From positions 64,001 to 128,000 of IMG/VR virus record IMGVR_UViG_3300045988_119718: a stretch of 64,000 nt of DNA; one strand, given 5' to 3'. This DNA comes from a virus. Shown piece after piece: positions 58,558-64,000 of this stretch; positions within the stretch are counted from its first letter, which is position 1, and each line of letters starts with the position of its first letter. The notes under the pieces are model-generated. The model saw nothing but the letters and a program-made list of their open reading frames with translations. It searched no databases and was not told where the DNA came from. Both the position numbers and the translations under genes were made by a program.

Positions 58558-58734
58558 TTAGTATAACATTACGTATACCACAATTAAACTAATTAAAGAA
58601 ATTATAGAATACTTAACAGAATTTTTAAGATATTCTTTGTAGTTTTCTTTTACGCTTTGTAAAGAAATAGTCTGCCCTACAAATGTTAATACAGCAGCCA
58701 CTACAAGAAATAAAACAAACGTTAATAAAGTCAT
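58558..58734 (-). CDS. small two-TM membrane protein (58 aa), holin-like candidate
   Basis: RBS AAGGAGA. MTLLTFVLFLVVAAVLTFVG ... YSIISLISLIVVYVMLY. Falls below the ORF-track size cutoff. Confidence 0.4.
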   Translation of the reverse strand: MTLLTFVLFLVVAAVLTFVGQTISLQSVKENYKEYLKNSVKYSIISLISLIVVYVMLY

Positions 58735-58755
58735 TTTTTATCTCCTTATTATTTT

Positions 58756-59232
58756 CTACTTAGCAATCTTAGAAGCTGATTTCTCAGCTTCTGATTCTAT
58801 TTTTGATCTATTCATAATTACATATTCTTTATCATATTTACTTTGCTGCCATTTATGAACTAATTCATGACAAAGTATTTCTTTTTGTTTATTTATAGAT
58901 AATCCTGATTTATTAAGAAAAATCTTATTAGTATTCCATATTCCACATGCATATGAAGTTCTTACTAATCTATTAGCCATATCTTTAGAAAGTTTATTTT
59001 CTATTAATATTTCTCTATATTCTTTATCTGTATTGGAATAGTATACTTCTAAATCTTCAAATTTATAATTTAAACATGACTCAGTATTTGCAATACACCA
59101 TTCAAAAATAGCTTTATCTTGTGTATTAGCATTTATTAGATTATGAGCACTTATAGATATAAATTGCAAATTTAGTAGTAGAAATACTAATAAGATAATT
59201 CTAATAATTATAAATCTCATTATTCTATCCAA
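58756..59232 (-). CDS. signal-anchored HExxH zinc-metallopeptidase-like protein (158 aa)
   Basis: N-terminal hydrophobic anchor IIIRIILLVFLLLNL and HELVHKWQ motif. Start overlaps the stop of the tail-fibre gene (translational coupling). Confidence 0.5.
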   Translation of the reverse strand: MDRIMRFIIIRIILLVFLLLNLQFISISAHNLINANTQDKAIFEWCIANTESCLNYKFEDLEVYYSNTDKEYREILIENKLSKDMANRLVRTSYACGIWNTNKIFLNKSGLSINKQKEILCHELVHKWQQSKYDKEYVIMNRSKIESEAEKSASKIAK

Positions 59233-60506
59233 ATCTTACCACCAGGAATATTTAAAGTGGTAGTAGCAGTTACAGTAGCTGCACTAATTCCTGTGCAAGC
59301 AGTTGGTACACCATTAGTAAAGTATACAGGTTGAGTAGTGCTACCAGCATTAGAAGTTAATTTATTAGCAGCTGCTGCATTAGCAGTCTTACCTAAGTAA
59401 GTATTTGATGCGTCTGTTTTGGTTAAATATCCACTTAAGTCTAATTTCTGTGTTCCTAGCTGTTCCCATTTACTATTTACATAGATATATTCAGTATACA
59501 GGTTTTGAGTATCATTACCTGTCTTTTTCAAATAAATAGTAGTATCAGAAATATTAGTAGTTGGTAAATCATTTACTACAGCAATAGCAAATTTAGGAAT
59601 AGAAGAAATCTGAGCATTAACTTCACCCTTAGTATAGTAATTGCTTAAAGATTGATGGGAAGTAAGTGGAGTAATGCTATTAGCACCAAGAGTAATTACA
59701 CCATTAGCAATCTTAGCATCGGTAATACCATAACCAGATAATGTAGTAGGATTAGTACCAGCAGTTACATGCCCTTGAGCATTAACTGTTACAGATTTAT
59801 ATGTACCCGCAGTTACACCAGAATTAGGGTGAGTATATACTGTGTTAGTATCTGTACTTGAAATAGTAATTACACCATTAGCATCAGATGTAACTGTAGT
59901 AGCACCAGTACCTACAATCTTATGGGAATCTCTTACAGTGCAATTATCTAATACATTAAGGTATACATTGCCATTGCTAGCAATAGCATTAGATGTAGCG
60001 GAAGCAGTTGCACCTACTTTTAAACCAGTAGTATAATGGGTAAGATGAGCAGGAGGGGTATATCCTAAAGCACCAATTACATTATCCGCAGTAAGACTAA
60101 TAGTACCTGTATCTACAGTAATATTAGAGCCTACTTTAACACCACCCTTAGTAGTGGTGTTAGCATCAGGAAGAGAATATACTGTATCTGTAAATTTAGC
60201 ATTAGCTGGTACATTGCTTAATACAGTATGACCATTTACTGTACTAGCATTACCGCCATTAGCAGGTAGCGAAGTAGGAATAGCTACTGATACACTTTTA
60301 CTACCATCATAACTAGCTGTAGAACCACCAGTAAATGAAATAGCATTAGGATTTTTAAGTGAAGTAGGAGTTCCTTTTAAATCAGAGTAATTACCAGTTG
60401 TAGCTACTTTAGATAGTGAATCTTTGGTTGCATATTTGCTATCAGAATTAGTTACCAAACGCTTCAGTGTTTCTATAGTAGCAACAGGTTTAGATAATCT
60501 TGTCAT
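59220..60506 (-). CDS. tail fibre protein (428 aa)
   Basis: Gly/Thr/Asn-rich fibre repeats. C-terminus ...TLNIPGGKIWIE is identical to the ORF at 35840-37228. Confidence 0.6.
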   Translation of the reverse strand: MTRLSKPVATIETLKRLVTNSDSKYATKDSLSKVATTGNYSDLKGTPTSLKNPNAISFTGGSTASYDGSKSVSVAIPTSLPANGGNASTVNGHTVLSNVPANAKFTDTVYSLPDANTTTKGGVKVGSNITVDTGTISLTADNVIGALGYTPPAHLTHYTTGLKVGATASATSNAIASNGNVYLNVLDNCTVRDSHKIVGTGATTVTSDANGVITISSTDTNTVYTHPNSGVTAGTYKSVTVNAQGHVTAGTNPTTLSGYGITDAKIANGVITLGANSITPLTSHQSLSNYYTKGEVNAQISSIPKFAIAVVNDLPTTNISDTTIYLKKTGNDTQNLYTEYIYVNSKWEQLGTQKLDLSGYLTKTDASNTYLGKTANAAAANKLTSNAGSTTQPVYFTNGVPTACTGISAATVTATTTLNIPGGKIWIE

Positions 60507-60639
60507 TATTTGTTTCCTTTCTTTTATAAAAAATTAAAAGTTGAAACTTTTATAGTATTGTTATCATTATTGAGTACGCTTATAAAAACAATATAGTAAT
60601 TTTATTTCCTATATTTTTATAGAAAGAGTTGATATTGTA

Positions 60640-61326
60640 ATGAATAAGCGTACCTCTATTTCTGATATTTATTCATCATCGTTAGTCATTAATAGTAAAG
60701 AATTAGACAGAGCTTACAAGAAATTAGATAAAGACCAATTAGATTATTTTAATTCTTTTTCTAATCATATCATCACTTGTGTAAATGCTGCATCTGGTTC
60801 TGGTAAAACGTTTGTAGCTGTGTTAGCAGCATTACAAGCATTTAACCAAGGAGAAGTGAATAAGATTTACTATATTAGAATACCAGATGATAGGTCATTA
60901 AGATTAGGATATCTTCCAGGGTCTTCAGATGATAAACAGTCTATTTATACAACTCCATTCTATAATGCATGTACTAGTTTAGGATTAAGAGAAGAAGATA
61001 TAGATATAGCAAGAGATAATAATGAAATAGTTCTATGTACTGATATAGTACTTAGAGGTACTAATATCTGTAATGCATTTGTTATTATAGATGAAGCACA
61101 AAATGGTAGATTATCTGATTTAAAACTTATATTAACTAGAATATCAGATAACTGTAAAGTAGCATTAATAGGTCACTCAGCTCAGTATGATAACTTTAAA
61201 GGAACTAATGAAAAAGCTTTTGAAAAATATATAGAGCATTTAACTAAGAAATCATGGGCTATAGAATGTAAACTTACTAAAAATTATAGAGGTAAACTTT
61301 CTTCATGGGCTGATGAATTATATTGA
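60640..61326 (+). CDS. phoH: PhoH-like ATPase
   Basis: VNAASGSGKTFVAVLAALQAF (Walker A) and FVIIDEAQNGRLSDLKLILTRI, the PhoH signature. Confidence 0.7.
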   Translation: MNKRTSISDIYSSSLVINSKELDRAYKKLDKDQLDYFNSFSNHIITCVNAASGSGKTFVAVLAALQAFNQGEVNKIYYIRIPDDRSLRLGYLPGSSDDKQSIYTTPFYNACTSLGLREEDIDIARDNNEIVLCTDIVLRGTNICNAFVIIDEAQNGRLSDLKLILTRISDNCKVALIGHSAQYDNFKGTNEKAFEKYIEHLTKKSWAIECKLTKNYRGKLSSWADELY

Positions 61327-61344
61327 TAGAAAGAAGGAATATAG

Positions 61345-62418
61345 ATGGATCAAAACTCTACAGATTGGCGTTCACAACAATTCTTTGTTACTAAGAATGG
61401 TAAAAAAGAATTAATACATATAGAAACTGATACTAAAAATATTGTAGACTTCTATACAGGAGTAATAGCAATTATTAATAAATTAAAAGGCATAGCTAAT
61501 GGCTTAGCTACATTGGATGCAAATGGTCATGTACCGCAAGACCAATTAAACAATATTGAACAGCAATTAAAAGATTTAGAGAAAAAACTCACCAATCTTA
61601 TCAATAACAACAATACTAAGCTAAATACAGATTTAGCAAATGCAGTTAAAGAATTAAAAGGCTTAATATCTGCATTAGATGCAAAGTCTGATGGAGCTTA
61701 TGTTAAAAAAGTAGGGGATACAATGACTGGTTCATTAACATCCACTGTACAATCCACTACTTGGGTTAATGGTATGAAAAATGCGGCTTTAAATTGTAAC
61801 TTTAGTTCTTATTCTGCTATAGCTAATTCTCCTTCTAAAAATGGTAGATTTTCTATTTCTTCTTATCCTGACCAAAATAATAATTTCTATATTTCTTATA
61901 TGACGCAGGATAAAATAAATGCTGATACTAATGCTACTGATAAGCAATTAATTTGGAGTGGTGATACTGGTGTATTGACTTGTACTAAAGTAGTCAATTC
62001 AGTATATAACGACTATGCCGAATTATTCCCTAAAGGTGAAGAAACTGAACCAGGGGATTTAATTGTATTAGACTTAGATTCTAAAGAAGAAAAGTATGTT
62101 AAATCTAGTGCTAAAAATACTAGAGTAGTGGGTGTTCATTCAGATGAATATGCTCAACTTATTGGTGGAGATAATGTTTCATTAGAAGAAAATCTTAAAA
62201 ACTATATTCCTGTATCTTTAGCAGGACGTATTAGGGTTAAATTTATTGGTATATCAAAAAAGAATGAATATGTAGTAGCTGATACTCATAATCCTGGTGT
62301 AGCTAGATTATATTATAAGGATTTAAATAAACCAGAAGATATTATTGGAATACTTGTAGAGGAAGATTCTAATACCAATCCAAATGAAATTAGAAGATTA
62401 AAAATAAAACTTAAATAA
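61345..62418 (+). CDS. tail fibre protein paralog (357 aa)
   Basis: Coiled-coil neck region. C-terminal ~110 aa are paralogous to ORF 33850-35838 (NDYAELFPKGEETEPGDLIVLDL...HSDEYAQLIGG...IPVSLAGRIRVKF). Confidence 0.6.
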   Translation: MDQNSTDWRSQQFFVTKNGKKELIHIETDTKNIVDFYTGVIAIINKLKGIANGLATLDANGHVPQDQLNNIEQQLKDLEKKLTNLINNNNTKLNTDLANAVKELKGLISALDAKSDGAYVKKVGDTMTGSLTSTVQSTTWVNGMKNAALNCNFSSYSAIANSPSKNGRFSISSYPDQNNNFYISYMTQDKINADTNATDKQLIWSGDTGVLTCTKVVNSVYNDYAELFPKGEETEPGDLIVLDLDSKEEKYVKSSAKNTRVVGVHSDEYAQLIGGDNVSLEENLKNYIPVSLAGRIRVKFIGISKKNEYVVADTHNPGVARLYYKDLNKPEDIIGILVEEDSNTNPNEIRRLKIKLK

Positions 62419-62426
62419 AAAAAATA

Positions 62427-62456
62427 AAGGTCTAGGCTATTTAGTCTAGACCTTTA
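62427..62456. terminator. bidirectional stem-loop AAAGGTCTAGGCTATTTAGTCTAGACCTTT
   Basis: Between convergent genes; A-run upstream and T-run downstream. Confidence 0.6.
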
Positions 62457-62459
62457 CTA

Positions 62460-63248
62460 TTACTTCTTTTTCTTATTGTTATCAATTCTTACATACTGTA
62501 AAACTGAAATGAATACAATAGTAAGAATTGCAGAAGCAACAACCATTGGATAGCATTTAGTAATTCCATTGTAATATACTTCTGTTGCTATAATAGCAGC
62601 AGTTGCAATGAATACTAAAACACAAAGCACATTATAAAAGAAATCATTGTTGCACAAGAACAATTTCATTGGAATGGTAGTAGCAGGCTTTCTTTTGCTA
62701 ACCTTTTCTTTAGATGTAGTTCTTTTATAATTAGCTTCCGATTCTACAGCAGGATAGAGTTCTTCCTTATAGAAACTAATATTAACTATTCTAGATAATT
62801 TCTTTTTCTCATCTAAAGAAGAATAAACTGCTTTAGCTTCAGCAGTTGCAATATTGTAAGAAATCTTGTTAGATTTATTAGATACAAACAAAATATTCTT
62901 CATTAGTGTATCAATATCAGAAATAGTACTATCAGTTCTTTCCGCAATAACTAAGTAATCAATCTTTTCCAGATTGATATGCTTTAGCTTTTCAATATCT
63001 TCAATAGAGATATATGAATTGGTTGGAATAAACTTATTGCTAACAACTTTATCATTTTTAGCTGAATGATACAGAGAAATAATATATACAATAGATGGAT
63101 AACTCATAAGCATCTTAGCAGAAGTACCAAATTGTGTATCTGCAAAGATTAAAGAGTTATTCGCATTAATCTTAGTCTTATGGATAAGATTATAGTTGTA
63201 AAAGCTTAAAAAATCTACAATACTATTTTCGAGTAATTTAATATGCAT
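62460..63248 (-). CDS. membrane protein (262 aa) with 2 C-terminal TM helices
   Basis: C-terminus FYNVLCVLVFIATAAIIATEVYY ... VVASAILTIVFISVL, with a KKKK tail. Confidence 0.45.
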   Translation of the reverse strand: MHIKLLENSIVDFLSFYNYNLIHKTKINANNSLIFADTQFGTSAKMLMSYPSIVYIISLYHSAKNDKVVSNKFIPTNSYISIEDIEKLKHINLEKIDYLVIAERTDSTISDIDTLMKNILFVSNKSNKISYNIATAEAKAVYSSLDEKKKLSRIVNISFYKEELYPAVESEANYKRTTSKEKVSKRKPATTIPMKLFLCNNDFFYNVLCVLVFIATAAIIATEVYYNGITKCYPMVVASAILTIVFISVLQYVRIDNNKKKK

Positions 63249-63280
63249 AATTTACCTCGTTTCGTATATAAATATCATCA

Positions 63281-63868
63281 TCAGTTGGTTTTAGCATGAC
63301 TCTTCTCTTCTTTAATAATCTCCTCTGTTTTTTTAGTATAAGCAGCATTATCATTTTTAATGAGTTTATCTATAGTTTCTGGAGAGATATTAAAACTAAG
63401 ATAAATAGAGTTTTTTTCTCTAATTACCTTTACATAAACAGAATTCTTATAAAAGCAAAAATAGCGATTATTGTCAATACCGATATTATACATGCTATTT
63501 GGCAGCAAAATAAAAGTATTATTTTGTGTAGTACCATTATCAGTACCAAATTCTTTAGAGATTAGTTTCTCGTAATGAGATCCATCATAAGAAGGGCTGG
63601 TAGTGTCTAATGCTTTAACAAAACGAATTTTGTTAGTATTACTTTTAAGTTTATAAGCCATTATACAGTCTTTAATCCATGCCAGCTGATATAATACTTC
63701 TAAACTAGTAGTTTCAAAATAACAATATTCTCCATCAACTTCTAACTCAACTGTAGCTTTATCTTTCTTAGACTTCATATACTCAGTAATACGAAAATCA
63801 GTAATTCTAATATCCTTACCTACCAATTCTCTCATCGTAACTTTTTTCATAATAACTTCTCCTTTCAA
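63281..63868 (-). CDS. hypothetical protein (195 aa)
   Basis: ORF. Confidence 0.45.
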   Translation of the reverse strand: MKGEVIMKKVTMRELVGKDIRITDFRITEYMKSKKDKATVELEVDGEYCYFETTSLEVLYQLAWIKDCIMAYKLKSNTNKIRFVKALDTTSPSYDGSHYEKLISKEFGTDNGTTQNNTFILLPNSMYNIGIDNNRYFCFYKNSVYVKVIREKNSIYLSFNISPETIDKLIKNDNAAYTKKTEEIIKEEKSHAKTN

Positions 63869-63979
63869 AATAAATAATATATTAAATCTGTCATAAATAT
63901 AGTATATCTTTAAAAATGAATTTGTAATTATCTATTTTAACTTTATTATAAGTATAATATTTCATATAGGAGGTTTATT

Positions 63980-64000
63980 ATGAAATGGAAACACTCAAAA
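63980..64000 (+). CDS. start of an unidentified gene, MKWKHSK... (truncated by the window end)
   Basis: RBS TAGGAGG 7 nt upstream of the ATG at 63980. Confidence 0.35.

Noticed and set aside
1-64000. tRNA genes, integrase/attachment sites, transposases
   Set aside because: None of the GC-richer intergenic segments shows a cloverleaf-compatible pattern (GTTC...GAAC T-arm with a matching acceptor stem). No tyrosine or serine recombinase or transposase motifs were seen in any ORF.

Overview
AT-rich (about 70% A+T) stretch of a large virulent dsDNA phage genome; no host genes, integrase, tRNA or CRISPR array are visible. Coding is densely packed in strand-switching blocks separated by stem-loop terminators. 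Region 1-20.4 kb (minus strand, plus 40.9-52.1 kb) carries a T4-like nucleotide metabolism and replication set: class III anaerobic RNR (truncated at the window edge), a DHH/DHHA1 phosphoesterase, a GyrB-like type II topoisomerase subunit interrupted by a group I intron, a Dda-like SF1B helicase, a DnaB/gp41-like helicase, an Mre11/SbcD-like nuclease, a UvsW-like SF2 helicase, a large terminase, a polymerase-like fragment and PhoH. Region 20.5-37.2 kb (plus strand) and 53.8-62.4 kb encode very large virion, adhesin and tail-fibre proteins built from shuffled modules: LamG, CBM5/12-like repeats, Ig-like GY-x-AG modules, a DUF285/BspA-like domain and shared fibre C-termini. The most striking feature is a family of at least six genes (one on the plus strand at 26.8 kb, five on the minus strand at 53.9-58.5 kb). 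They share a roughly 25-aa N-terminal leader, M-[AS]-[TQ]-[TS]-[LIM]-K-G-x-[IV]-G-G-G-x-T-F-S-A-S-P-A-T, whose Gly-Gly-Gly is encoded by a 7-11 nt homopolymeric G tract. Several copies are currently out of frame, which makes this look like a phase-variable, modular receptor-binding or decoration protein system driven by slipped-strand mispairing. Also notable are a DUF2829 (Tad2-like?) protein, a GC-rich horizontally acquired islet gene between duplicated hairpins, a secreted 3D-domain protein and a small HExxH protein coupled to a tail fibre.
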